Positions 31,388 through 41,142 of a stretch of DNA of 64,000 bases are shown piece after piece. The notes beneath the pieces were generated by a model that had not been told where the DNA came from, ran no database searches, and saw only the letters and a program-made list of their open reading frames with translations. The position numbers and the translations under genes were made by a program. The stretch is taken from positions 62,001-126,000 of IMG/VR virus record IMGVR_UViG_3300044712_000810; one strand, written 5' to 3'. Position 1 is the stretch's first letter. Every line of letters begins with the position of its first letter.

Positions 31388-33481
31388 TTAATAATAATTT
31401 TGATTTTGATTCATTGGTTTATTTAAATGCGATTGAATAAATGTTTCTAATGTCGTAATACTTGTGGCGTTTATCGCAGTCATGAATTGGAATTTATAAT
31501 ATAATTTTCCTTTCTGTTCATCAATAACGATTATGTTTGGTACGCCAAGTCGCAAATTAATAAATTTGACTATATTTTTCACATAGTTTTCAGTAAGCGT
31601 AGTCATGTTTCTAACATCTGTATCATTCTTTACTAAATCTTGCCATGATTTAGCTAATACTACAGAATACAACGCGCTTACAACTTGTAATGGTAAAATT
31701 AAAGTATAGTTTGGAAGACTTAATACATCATTCTTTGTTGCATCTAATTCTACATCCAAAATTTTTACATATTCACAAAGTGCTACTTGTAATGAATATA
31801 AAAATAAAAAATAAAATGGCTGAATTATTATTCGTTTCAATTGTTTAATTAATGTATTTACAACTTGATCCGGATGAACACCAATATAATCGGTTGCTGC
31901 TGAACCATATAAACGTATTTCTTTAATATATGGATCAAAGAAAGAATCAATCGCGCCATAAATTTCTTGTTGAATGTTTTGAAGAATTGGTCCAGAATCA
32001 GTAATAAGTTCACTAATTTGACGTTCAATAGCTTTATTATGCGATGCACATGTTGATGCTATTTCTTCCATTTTAGATACAAATGATGAAAACTGTCTAT
32101 GATCATATGATGCGGATGCAATATTATTTGAGGAGTCTGATAATTCTGTAAACATTTTCTTAACTAATGATTGAGACTCTTCACCCAATGAATTACAAAG
32201 GTAAGTTACAGTTTTAACTTTATCAGAAGCTATTTCTGGACCTGAATCGGCTAAACTTGTTTCAATTTTTTCCATTAACTGATCTGCAATAATTGCTTGA
32301 ATCCTTGAATTCAATCGAGTATCAATTACATTTTCTTTAATAACAATATAATCAATATCATTTGATTTCGGATGAATAACATTCGCAGATGATCTTAAAA
32401 TTAAAGTACCAGTATTAGAAACTAACTTCATAAAATTTTGATGCATACCGAGGAAAATATTTTTTGTGTTTGGTGATAGTGTTCTTATTGTTGAAGATAT
32501 TTGTCCAGGTGAAACATCTAAACCGGTTTGTGATTTAATTAAATCTGGATTTAGCATAAATTTAAAAAATAATTTAGCTTGATCTAAATCTTGTTTAACT
32601 AATGTTAACATTCCAAAGATTTTATCAGATTCGAACTTATCTTTTAATTTCATTAATTGAGCATCTGGTTCTGCATATTGTGTATTAGGAATAGACAATT
32701 TTGGTTTAAATTTCATAACCGAAGATTCAAATTTCTTATATAATGCAGACATTGCTGGATGAGACTTTAACCATTCATCCATTGTTTCTTTAAATGATTT
32801 ATTAGGTTTAATAATATTATTTACTAATTTATACCACTCTGCTTGCGGCATACTTTTTAATTTTTCAATTATCTTATTTATATTTGCTTCACTATCTAAT
32901 TTTATATTAAGACCAATAGCAGCAATAAGAATATATGTTAATGATAATGTATCAATGTCAAATGTTTTTGTTCCGACAATAACAGGAATATCAATTAAGT
33001 TATCCATTGTAATTAATTCAACAAATGGCATTAATGCACTTAATCTAGGGTCAACATTTACTAATTGTTGAATAACTGCTGTACGTTCATGAATTCTACG
33101 TTGAATTTCATTTTTTGCACCAAAATCAGAAATATAATTTGGTGCAGGAATTCTATTAGCTTGAACTCTATCTTCAGCATACATTCCTGTTAATTTAGCC
33201 ATACCAATAACTGTTGCGACTTCAACTTCTTGGCCTTGTTCGTCAATAATAGGTTTGACTTGAGCACCAAGAGACATTAAGTTTAAACTATTACTAATAA
33301 AAATCTCTTTTAAAAATGTTATTGTTTGAAATTGACGGACAAACGTTTTATACTTACCTAATTTATCCGCAAACAACATCGGATAAACAAACACCATTTT
33401 TAAATGCTGATCTAACAGTTTACCCGGTTGGCGAAGACCAACTGTTGCTTTAGAATATTGCTTTAAACCTGTAATATTCAT
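31388..33481 (-). CDS. Hypothetical (probable virion) protein
   Basis: 697-aa ORF in the structural region. Confidence 0.65.
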   Translation of the reverse strand: MNITGLKQYSKATVGLRQPGKLLDQHLKMVFVYPMLFADKLGKYKTFVRQFQTITFLKEIFISNSLNLMSLGAQVKPIIDEQGQEVEVATVIGMAKLTGMYAEDRVQANRIPAPNYISDFGAKNEIQRRIHERTAVIQQLVNVDPRLSALMPFVELITMDNLIDIPVIVGTKTFDIDTLSLTYILIAAIGLNIKLDSEANINKIIEKLKSMPQAEWYKLVNNIIKPNKSFKETMDEWLKSHPAMSALYKKFESSVMKFKPKLSIPNTQYAEPDAQLMKLKDKFESDKIFGMLTLVKQDLDQAKLFFKFMLNPDLIKSQTGLDVSPGQISSTIRTLSPNTKNIFLGMHQNFMKLVSNTGTLILRSSANVIHPKSNDIDYIVIKENVIDTRLNSRIQAIIADQLMEKIETSLADSGPEIASDKVKTVTYLCNSLGEESQSLVKKMFTELSDSSNNIASASYDHRQFSSFVSKMEEIASTCASHNKAIERQISELITDSGPILQNIQQEIYGAIDSFFDPYIKEIRLYGSAATDYIGVHPDQVVNTLIKQLKRIIIQPFYFLFLYSLQVALCEYVKILDVELDATKNDVLSLPNYTLILPLQVVSALYSVVLAKSWQDLVKNDTDVRNMTTLTENYVKNIVKFINLRLGVPNIIVIDEQKGKLYYKFQFMTAINATSITTLETFIQSHLNKPMNQNQNYY

Positions 33482-33492
33482 GTGAGTCCTCT

Positions 33493-34350
33493 TTATTTAC
33501 ACTTTAAACTACTAAATATAATTGTAAGTTCTTTGTCATCTATTTTATATATATCTTTATACTTAGTAAAAATATTATTCATAAGAGCACAAATTCTAGT
33601 CTTATCTTCAGGATGTTGTCTTGTAAAAACTAAATTAGCCATGGATGCAATCATTTTATATAGTAAACTTTCATTATGTTTCTTTTTACTTGCTTCAATT
33701 TCTAAATGAAATTTGAATAATACTTTTGCTAATTCGTCTCCATAACCATATTTCACTGCATAGTTATCAGCTTTATACTCGCCTGCATGTTCAAAAAATG
33801 TAAGCGTTCGACTAACAATCATTAAAGAACCGATCAAAAAAATTGCGCCTGGTAAATGAAACCAGTCTAAAACAAAATTGGAGGCCGCCCGAACTTTGTC
33901 GGACAGCCACCAGATATAATGTGCATAATTACCTGAATGTGCATACGCATGACCTAATTCATGTAATAGAATTGCGGTCATTTGACGCGATGAACATTTA
34001 TCAATTATTTTCTTACCGAAACAAATATATACAGAATCGATGTACTTAGATAAGTCGGCATCTGCTACTTGTAAATTTGCTTCAGGTTCTTTTTTCTGTT
34101 TTATTAATTTACCCATATCAAGAACAAATGTATTCTTATATATAGGTATAATCCATGAATCTGCTGTTGATTTTTTAACAAATACAACAACTTTTTCAAT
34201 ACCTGTAAATTCTTTAATATGTTGTACTAATTTATTTTTAGCATCAACGTCGCCAATATTAATTTTTAATTTATCGAAATCACCATCTATTTGTCTTAAA
34301 ATAGATGATCTTTCTTGTGCTACTTCTAATAAAATTTTATCATCATACAT
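33493..34350 (-). CDS. Zinc metallopeptidase, M48-like
   Basis: ILLHELGHAY (HExxH), EYKADNYA, RQHP..TRI. Likely start ATG 34350 after GGAG (track start 34458). Confidence 0.75.
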   Translation of the reverse strand: MYDDKILLEVAQERSSILRQIDGDFDKLKINIGDVDAKNKLVQHIKEFTGIEKVVVFVKKSTADSWIIPIYKNTFVLDMGKLIKQKKEPEANLQVADADLSKYIDSVYICFGKKIIDKCSSRQMTAILLHELGHAYAHSGNYAHYIWWLSDKVRAASNFVLDWFHLPGAIFLIGSLMIVSRTLTFFEHAGEYKADNYAVKYGYGDELAKVLFKFHLEIEASKKKHNESLLYKMIASMANLVFTRQHPEDKTRICALMNNIFTKYKDIYKIDDKELTIIFSSLKCK

Positions 34351-34363
34351 GATTATCTCCAAT

Positions 34364-35329
34364 TTATTTAACTGGACAATTCGAAGAATATAAACAAAAG
34401 AAACATGCTTTTTTATTAATAAAAGGATCTTGAGGAGATGGTATTTTATTATTATCAATATACCAATTGATACACTTTAACTTCTGGTCAATGAAATCCA
34501 TATATGGTTTCGGATCAAAAGTAGATAAGTCAAGTGTAAGACTTTTAATAAAGTAAAATGGATCTGACTTTGATGACAATGCCTTTTTAATAGTGGTTAC
34601 GGCCGCTAAAGCTTCACCAATATTTTCAACATCAGCAGCAATAATATCGTGTGCGATATATAAAAATTGAATTTTCTTAATATCGTATTTTTTATATTTT
34701 GGTTTTGGTGAACGCGTAACAATTTCAGGATTACGAATTTCATCAATATAATTTTCTAAAATGTATTTATAAACCATCGTTTGATAAAAGTCTGGAGTTC
34801 TAGGCTTTTGACTTCTTATAATGGATTCATAATCTTTATATGTACATGTTTTAATTTCAACCAACACGTCAGTACCAATTAAACAGTCAATACGACCACT
34901 GAAACGAACACTTGGAACTTTCATTGATACTTCTGTTTCTGTAAATTGATCTGTATTACATTGAATAAAATCATGAACAGCAGAACCGATTGTATTTCTC
35001 ATAAATATTGGAAGCCATTTATCTGCATAATTCTCAACAGGCACATTTAAAATTTTATTAACAATACTTAGGATGCAACCGTGGGCAACATCGTGACCAC
35101 TTATATTCGATGCAACTTCCATATACGCTTTGTTTTTGGCCTGAGATTTATGATATAATTCTCTTGAAAAATCTTTAATATCAAATAATGCACCACTTGG
35201 AAGATCATCAGATTCTTCCATCACCATCTGTTGTGATTGTTCCGGTGTTGCTGTATTTACAGATTTTTGTGTTGTGATGTTTTCATTTGTATTTTCAATA
35301 ATATCTAAAATTCCATTAAATTCACTCAA
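34364..35329 (-). CDS. Cas4-like PD-(D/E)XK exonuclease
   Basis: GC..GSAVH, GRID..LVEIKT, QTMVY, C-terminal CFFC-x5-C cysteine cluster. Confidence 0.75.
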   Translation of the reverse strand: MSEFNGILDIIENTNENITTQKSVNTATPEQSQQMVMEESDDLPSGALFDIKDFSRELYHKSQAKNKAYMEVASNISGHDVAHGCILSIVNKILNVPVENYADKWLPIFMRNTIGSAVHDFIQCNTDQFTETEVSMKVPSVRFSGRIDCLIGTDVLVEIKTCTYKDYESIIRSQKPRTPDFYQTMVYKYILENYIDEIRNPEIVTRSPKPKYKKYDIKKIQFLYIAHDIIAADVENIGEALAAVTTIKKALSSKSDPFYFIKSLTLDLSTFDPKPYMDFIDQKLKCINWYIDNNKIPSPQDPFINKKACFFCLYSSNCPVK

Positions 35330-35399
35330 AACGCGCCTCCAAAATCCGTTATGTATTTACTAAACTTATTTTTTTATAAAAGTAGAATTTTTTTGAAAT

Positions 35400-35425
35400 G
35401 GGGGAGGAAAATTCATTCCTCCCCC
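35400..35425 (-). terminator. Terminator-like hairpin
   Basis: GGGGGAGGAA / TTCCTCCCCC 10-bp stem. Confidence 0.6.
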
Positions 35426-35434
35426 TGTAAAACA

Positions 35435-35689
35435 TTATTTATGCTTTGGTGCAGCCTTTGGTGCCATTCCTGCTTGACCCATGGCAATCTTACGAGCAGC
35501 CATAAGTGCTTTAGAACTATACTTTTTCATAATAGCCATTTTAACAGTTAAGTATGCGCGACGAAGTTTTTGATATTTTGCGAGAAGTGGATCATTACTG
35601 CGAGCAGCAAGTTTAAGAGCAAGACCACCAACAAGTGCATTCAATTTAGCAGCGCGTGTACGCTTGTGCATAGTATCTCTAAGAGCCAT
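35435..35689 (-). CDS. Small basic hypothetical protein
   Basis: 84 aa, Lys/Arg/Ala-rich, GGAGG RBS. Confidence 0.7.
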   Translation of the reverse strand: MALRDTMHKRTRAAKLNALVGGLALKLAARSNDPLLAKYQKLRRAYLTVKMAIMKKYSSKALMAARKIAMGQAGMAPKAAPKHK

Positions 35690-35709
35690 TTTAAAAATCC
35701 TCCATTTAA

Positions 35710-36633
35710 TTATCTATATTTATTAAAATCTTTACTGCCTTCGATTTCTTTTTTAGATTGATAAAGTTTTGATCGAAGAGTATTTATCCATTTTGTTTTT
35801 TCCGCTTCTTGTTCATCTTTATAGATGAAACTTAAAACTCTTTCAAAATTTTTAAAAGCTTCATGTGCTTGATCATACATTGGTTTACAATGAGCACTAA
35901 TATTAGTTTTTGAAATAACTTTCATTATTTCATCTGGATCAAATGATCCAATATTATTATCACCACCTGTAGTTTTCATACAAATGAAATAACTTTTCAT
36001 ATATAATGCAATAACATCAACCAATGATGAAAGATAACATTCAGATAAACAAGTACCTTGTTTAAGTCCTTCTGTTGTAGTTAACATACCCTTAAACAAT
36101 GGCTTCTTTTCACTAACAGCAAAATAACTTGTCATTGATAAGTTTTCGGCAGTTATACCACATCTGACGTAACATTGTTTTGAATTTTGTTGAATTATAG
36201 CATATCTAAATTTAAAATAACGACCTTGTTTAGATACTGCTTTTCCAAAAGATTCAAAGAAATGTCCGACTTTAGATAACGTGCCAAATAAAACTTTAGG
36301 TATATCCTTATATGTAAAATAAGCAATAATCATTAAGATTCCATATCCAATACTTTCAAGTCCAAACTCAGTTAATACTTCTTCAGTATTTTCTTGAGTT
36401 GGTCTAATTTCTTCAAAAACAGAATCTAAATATGTTTTAAATATTTGTTGTTGTGTGACCTTACTACGATCATACAACATATCATATAATTCAATATCGT
36501 TTTCACGTAGATCCACGACTAATTCATACAAGTGTGTCGCAATACTATCCGAATCACAGGTTGGATCAATTTCTTTTAATTTATTATCCAATATGTAGGC
36601 TTCGGATATCTCTTTAAGAAATCTGACATCCAT
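35710..36633 (-). CDS. Hypothetical protein
   Basis: 307 aa, several spaced Cys, one hydrophobic segment. Confidence 0.65.
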   Translation of the reverse strand: MDVRFLKEISEAYILDNKLKEIDPTCDSDSIATHLYELVVDLRENDIELYDMLYDRSKVTQQQIFKTYLDSVFEEIRPTQENTEEVLTEFGLESIGYGILMIIAYFTYKDIPKVLFGTLSKVGHFFESFGKAVSKQGRYFKFRYAIIQQNSKQCYVRCGITAENLSMTSYFAVSEKKPLFKGMLTTTEGLKQGTCLSECYLSSLVDVIALYMKSYFICMKTTGGDNNIGSFDPDEIMKVISKTNISAHCKPMYDQAHEAFKNFERVLSFIYKDEQEAEKTKWINTLRSKLYQSKKEIEGSKDFNKYR

Positions 36634-36651
36634 CTTAATCTCCTACGTTAC

Positions 36652-37986
36652 TTATTCAAAAGGATTTTCATTACTTTCAACAGTATCTGTATCATTGTCT
36701 ATATCAACGAATGAATCAGATGTATCTGCACCATCAGTACAGTCGCACTGACTTACATTTACAGTTTCTGCGCTAAACCAACCTTCTTTGATTCGTTTAT
36801 GTACCGAAATATTAACGGCATAATCAAACCATTGACGGAAAGTCTCACTTGTTTCATAAAGATGTTTTGCATCTTTCCTATAAAATGAATCAGAAGTAAA
36901 TGCGATTTCACCCGTTTGAACATTTGGAACTTCAAGATAATATCTTGAACCGTTCTTTTTAACGAGAAGCGGATAAGTAGTTTTACCAAAAAGTTTTTCT
37001 TCGGTATAAGTTGCTTCTGAAAGGAATATAAATTCGCTCCAAAACTTATCAATTCCTGTCTTTTTATCAAAGACACAACGAACTGTAAATTTTGAAGGCG
37101 CATGTTTATTCTTTTCTGTATAGATATCAAGATACCAACCATCAATTCCAAGTCCATCAATAGGAGCAATTGCTTTCTTTTTACTCAAGAATAGCCATTG
37201 CGCAAGTCTATGATTTAATGCCGCAATTGAACTTGCCGCTTTAAAATCTTTAAAGGCACCAACAGATTTTTCTTTCTGTACATATGGTCCTTCAATAGAT
37301 ATATTTGCACGGACTTGATCGATTGCGAGGAATGTAATTCTTTTATGGGCAAGTAATGGTGCATATTTTTCTAGACAGAATGTTAACTGTCTAGCCTTAG
37401 TACCAACAAGTTTCTGTGCTTCTTCGGCTTCTTCAACTTTGCTACTAGGGGTTGCAGCAATACTATCCCAAATAATCATGACATAGAATTGTGTTCCTGT
37501 CTTCTGTTCAAATGCATCTTTAATTTGTGCTAAACGTTCAATAAGTTTAAACACGTTAGGTACATCGAATATAATAGGTTCATATTTAAATCTATTAGCA
37601 TCAAGTCCAAATGATTCAATGCGTGATATTTGGAATTCTTTACTCTCACTTGAATTACCAGAACCTTCAATATCAATATAAACAACAACGCCGTTTTGAT
37701 ATTGATTCAAAAATGCTTTACTAAATTGAAAAGCAAATGTTGATTTGCCTGTTTCTGGTGTGCTGGAAATCATAACTGGTGCCGATGAAATAATACCACC
37801 ACCAAGAATTGCATCCAAATGGCGAATTCCAGTTGGAGTTAAAATTGGTGAAGGAGCAATATAGTCACCATATTCTTGCGAAATAATCGCTTGAAATGCC
37901 TGACCTAATTTCTCGGCATGTTCTGTAGTTCCAGTATCAAATGTAGATGATTTAATAGTATCATTCGATGTTTTTTTGCGAGCCAT
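36652..37986 (-). CDS. uvsX: RecA/UvsX-like recombinase
   Basis: PTGIRHLDAILGGG, Walker A STPETGKS, IIWDSIAATP, AIDQVR, YTEKNK. Confidence 0.85.
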   Translation of the reverse strand: MARKKTSNDTIKSSTFDTGTTEHAEKLGQAFQAIISQEYGDYIAPSPILTPTGIRHLDAILGGGIISSAPVMISSTPETGKSTFAFQFSKAFLNQYQNGVVVYIDIEGSGNSSESKEFQISRIESFGLDANRFKYEPIIFDVPNVFKLIERLAQIKDAFEQKTGTQFYVMIIWDSIAATPSSKVEEAEEAQKLVGTKARQLTFCLEKYAPLLAHKRITFLAIDQVRANISIEGPYVQKEKSVGAFKDFKAASSIAALNHRLAQWLFLSKKKAIAPIDGLGIDGWYLDIYTEKNKHAPSKFTVRCVFDKKTGIDKFWSEFIFLSEATYTEEKLFGKTTYPLLVKKNGSRYYLEVPNVQTGEIAFTSDSFYRKDAKHLYETSETFRQWFDYAVNISVHKRIKEGWFSAETVNVSQCDCTDGADTSDSFVDIDNDTDTVESNENPFE

Positions 37987-38035
37987 AAAAGAAAAAACTC
38001 CTTAATGTCTACCTGACAGATTAATTAGAACACAA

Positions 38036-38389
38036 TCAGTCATCGTTATCGTTTTCTGATTCTTTTGACTCTTCTTCAGAGCCTTCACCACAAAGTTCAT
38101 CAAGAACTTCTTCAATTTCTTCTTCTGACATTGGTTCAAATTCAACTTCCCGAGGATCTTCATCTAACTCATGTTCTTCGGGTTCACCATGTGGCATTGA
38201 GTCGTCATCACCATCGCCATCAGGATCAACTGCACCTGAATCGATATCTGACATTACTTCATCGATTTCATCATCAGACATTGGTTCAAAGTTTTCTTCT
38301 GATGGGTCTTCATCTAATGGATGTTCTTTAGTAACATCATCTGCTTTGACCATAGTGATTCTTAACATTGCTTCATTAAGCTCATCCAT
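38036..38389 (-). CDS. Highly acidic protein with internal duplication
   Basis: EHPLDEDPSEENFEPMSDDEIDEV / EHELDEDPREVEFEPMSEEEIEEV. Confidence 0.7.
   Translation of the reverse strand: MDELNEAMLRITMVKADDVTKEHPLDEDPSEENFEPMSDDEIDEVMSDIDSGAVDPDGDGDDDSMPHGEPEEHELDEDPREVEFEPMSEEEIEEVLDELCGEGSEEESKESENDNDD
38100..38340. repeat. Imperfect direct repeat inside the acidic protein gene
   Basis: GACATTGGTTCAAA..TCTTCATCTAA..ATGTTC occurs twice about 150 bp apart. Confidence 0.7.
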
Positions 38390-38399
38390 GAAAAATCTC

Positions 38400-38900
38400 C
38401 TATAAATCGTATTTCTTCGATTTCTTTATGGATGGTGTATCAAGTGCTTCATTAGCCGCTGTAGGATTTTCTTTAAGTCTTTCCATAAGCGATCTAAAGA
38501 TGCCTGCAAGTTCATCAGAACCAGCTTTGCGTTGATCATCCATCTTTGGAATATCAAGATAAACAAGTTTATTTTTCTTAAACTTCGTATCTGTTATTAA
38601 ACTAAGATATCTAATCTTAGTATCTTCAAACTCTCTATATGTACTATATAATCGAGTAAGACGATCAATATTATATGAAATAGCAGTATAATATTTTGAT
38701 TTTGTTGCTGCATCACTTGCCGTTTGAATTGCTTGTTCTAAATTATTATTTGCATTTTCCAATGTAAGAATAATATTAATCAATTCTGCTTGACGCAAAT
38801 CAACCATCGATAAATGTTTATTTGAAATATCTATATCGGCTTCGAATTCTTTTGATACTTGAGCCGGTATATCATTAGGATTTATTACAGCCACAAACAA
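38400..38900 (-). CDS. Hypothetical coiled-coil protein
   Basis: 166-aa ORF. Confidence 0.65.
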   Translation of the reverse strand: MFVAVINPNDIPAQVSKEFEADIDISNKHLSMVDLRQAELINIILTLENANNNLEQAIQTASDAATKSKYYTAISYNIDRLTRLYSTYREFEDTKIRYLSLITDTKFKKNKLVYLDIPKMDDQRKAGSDELAGIFRSLMERLKENPTAANEALDTPSIKKSKKYDL

Positions 38901-40152
38901 CCTCCGGCGTTAGACACAATCTAACAAACTTTTTAATTTGTTGTATAAAACTAATTTGGTTTATCTTCACTGAAGTTAGAGTTAGTAAATTAATATATTC
39001 ACCACTCAAAATGTTCTTCGTAAAGTTATCTGCAATTTTATCTAAAATTTCATGCATATAACTATCACTAAAGAAGTTTCTAAAAGGATAGCATAATTCT
39101 TCAAGCACTGCATTTCTAACCATTTCTGGTTTAATTAACATTTCGTTATATGCTTTTGTTTTAGGGGAAGCAATATGAACACATTTCAAAAGTTTATAAA
39201 TTGATGGTAATTTCTTAATCTCTTCAATTATTGTATCTTCTGAAATATCTTCATTATAGAATTTAACTAATTTATATTCATCATCATTAAGAGTAAATGA
39301 ATCTTTCTTACGACTAAAATAAACACTTTGTAATTCGTTAGGAATAATAACATTTCTGAAAATGTTAAAATTGTAACTTATCTGACTCAGTGTTGGCGAA
39401 TCAGAATATAATTTTTCAACTTGAAGGGCATAACTAACGTCTTTATAAATACTAAGACGGGTTGGACTATTTGAAAATCCATCCATAGAATCTTCAATGT
39501 CAAATAAGGAAACAACACAAGAAGAATACTTCTGATTTCCTTTGAAAAAGAAATTAAAATAATATTTAAATGCGTTTCTATAAAACGCATTAACATTATC
39601 AACATTCAACGGATTGTATTTCTTCAAACCATCAGATAAAAACTTGTATAGAATGTCACTTTTAATAACATCTTCATCAACATCCAAACAACTAGTATGT
39701 ACTTTGACTAAATCGGCCGAAGATTTCTTAAACTGTTGATACACTAATCGTATATTTGATTGTAAGAAATTTTTAGCATTGGGACAAAGTCTCATAAGTA
39801 AATAAATAATATTAGGATATAGTACTTTTTGCTTATACTTTAAATTAGATAAGTTAAGTGTACTATGATTAAAATCTTCAAGACCTTTTACTGTTTGGTG
39901 TAACAAATAAAGTTCTCGAACTATTGATGATTTACCAAGAATATTAGCAGCATGACATTTTTCAAATTTATCTATGTATGATTTAAGTGAAGTAACAGAT
40001 GCTGTAAGAGATGAGTTTTTACTTGTTTTTGATCTAGCAATCCGTTGGAGTTCGTCACCAAGATACGTTTGGATCAGTTTTTGTGTTATTTGACAACTAA
40101 GAGAATCCATATCCTGGTGTGCTAATTGAATGTTTGCTGGATCAAGTAGCAC
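38875..40152 (-). CDS. Hypothetical protein; weak resemblance to gp55-like late sigma factor
   Basis: DGLKKYNPLNVDNVNAFY..AF resembles the sigma region 2.3 segment of gp55; preceded by an exact 15-bp motif. Confidence 0.35.
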   Translation of the reverse strand: MLLDPANIQLAHQDMDSLSCQITQKLIQTYLGDELQRIARSKTSKNSSLTASVTSLKSYIDKFEKCHAANILGKSSIVRELYLLHQTVKGLEDFNHSTLNLSNLKYKQKVLYPNIIYLLMRLCPNAKNFLQSNIRLVYQQFKKSSADLVKVHTSCLDVDEDVIKSDILYKFLSDGLKKYNPLNVDNVNAFYRNAFKYYFNFFFKGNQKYSSCVVSLFDIEDSMDGFSNSPTRLSIYKDVSYALQVEKLYSDSPTLSQISYNFNIFRNVIIPNELQSVYFSRKKDSFTLNDDEYKLVKFYNEDISEDTIIEEIKKLPSIYKLLKCVHIASPKTKAYNEMLIKPEMVRNAVLEELCYPFRNFFSDSYMHEILDKIADNFTKNILSGEYINLLTLTSVKINQISFIQQIKKFVRLCLTPEVVCGCNKS

Positions 40153-40197
40153 AGGTGTCTCCTATTGGTTAAAATTTTACTTCCATCCCAATTGCAC

Positions 40198-40212
40198 TAT
40201 TTCTATATGAAA
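40198..40212 (-). promoter_or_regulatory. Conserved 15-bp motif TTTCATATAGAAATA
   Basis: Exact copy on minus strand, about 45 bp upstream of the 40152 start. Confidence 0.7.
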
Positions 40213-40223
40213 CTAGAGAAAAT

Positions 40224-40850
40224 TTACTTTCTGTTAAATCTTACTAATAAATCCTTATTAAATTTTTTACCCATATTGAAAAAATACGTCCTTTGAAATA
40301 CTCCAGATGGAATTTTAAAATATCGTATGAATGGCGAAATACAATATTTACCAATGGCTTCGTATGTTCTCTTGGTATAAATATCCAAGTTACTGTCACC
40401 AACAATGACAATATGTATACACTCGGACACATCAACAATATTTTCGTAAAGAAATTTATTAACTTCAGCATCTTGTTCGATTACATTTCTATTTTTTAAT
40501 TCAACATTGGTTAATGGAAATTTCATATCAATAGGTCTCGTATTAAATACATAATATCTATCTTCAACTAATTCTACCGTGAAATGCCAAGGAAGCATAT
40601 TATGTTCAAACTGACCATATAACTCACGATATCGTTGATTAATTTCATGCAAATCTATTCTATGAGTATCTATTCTAGGCTTTGGTCTAATTGGAAACGC
40701 GAAATGATTATAGGAGTCCGATATAATTAAGCCTTTTGGTTTAGTATCTATTTTATTAATAACGCTAGAATCATCTTTACTTATACTAATTCGTTGCTGT
40801 CCAGCTTCATCAGCAAAGAAATTGTTAATATCTTCATACATTACAAGCAT
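40224..40850 (-). CDS. Amidase_2 (T7 lysozyme-like) fold protein, probably catalytically degenerate
   Basis: PWHFTV..YVFNTRP..CIHIVIVGD..TKRTYEAI parallels GYHFVI..GRP..SIGICLVG..TxAQ; first Zn-ligand His replaced (IISDS). ATG 40850 follows GGAG. Confidence 0.5.
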   Translation of the reverse strand: MLVMYEDINNFFADEAGQQRISISKDDSSVINKIDTKPKGLIISDSYNHFAFPIRPKPRIDTHRIDLHEINQRYRELYGQFEHNMLPWHFTVELVEDRYYVFNTRPIDMKFPLTNVELKNRNVIEQDAEVNKFLYENIVDVSECIHIVIVGDSNLDIYTKRTYEAIGKYCISPFIRYFKIPSGVFQRTYFFNMGKKFNKDLLVRFNRK

Positions 40851-40964
40851 GTTCGGCTCCAATAAAAAGTTGGAAGGTCAAATTACAGAAATCCAATAAA
40901 CAATTATATTATAAGGCAAACTTAAACTGTGGGCATTCCACAAAATCTTTGACCTTCCCACAAA

Positions 40965-41141
40965 CTATTTTTTATAACGACGTTTCATGTCTTCTTTTTT
41001 CATTTCTTTTAAATGTTCTTTTATTGCTAATGCTGTTCTGGCAGATAATCCACCGATCGCAGCACCAATAACAAAACTTTTACTATCCATATCTTCAATT
41101 GATTTTTTAATACTTTCGAATTCATTGATTATACATATCAT
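40965..41141 (-). CDS. Small protein with GxxxG helix (not in ORF track)
   Basis: MICIINEFESIKKSIEDMDSKSFVIGAAIGGLSARTALAIKEHLKEMKKEDMKRRYKK*. Confidence 0.55.
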   Translation of the reverse strand: MICIINEFESIKKSIEDMDSKSFVIGAAIGGLSARTALAIKEHLKEMKKEDMKRRYKK

Positions 41142-41142
41142 A

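Noticed and set aside
34364-35329. CRISPR-Cas system suggested by the Cas4-like gene
   Set aside because: No repeat-spacer array or other cas genes seen in the window.
10605-37986. Inteins, introns or homing endonucleases in helicase, terminase or RecA
   Set aside because: Motif spacing appears continuous; no intein ends or LAGLIDADG/HNH motifs recognised.
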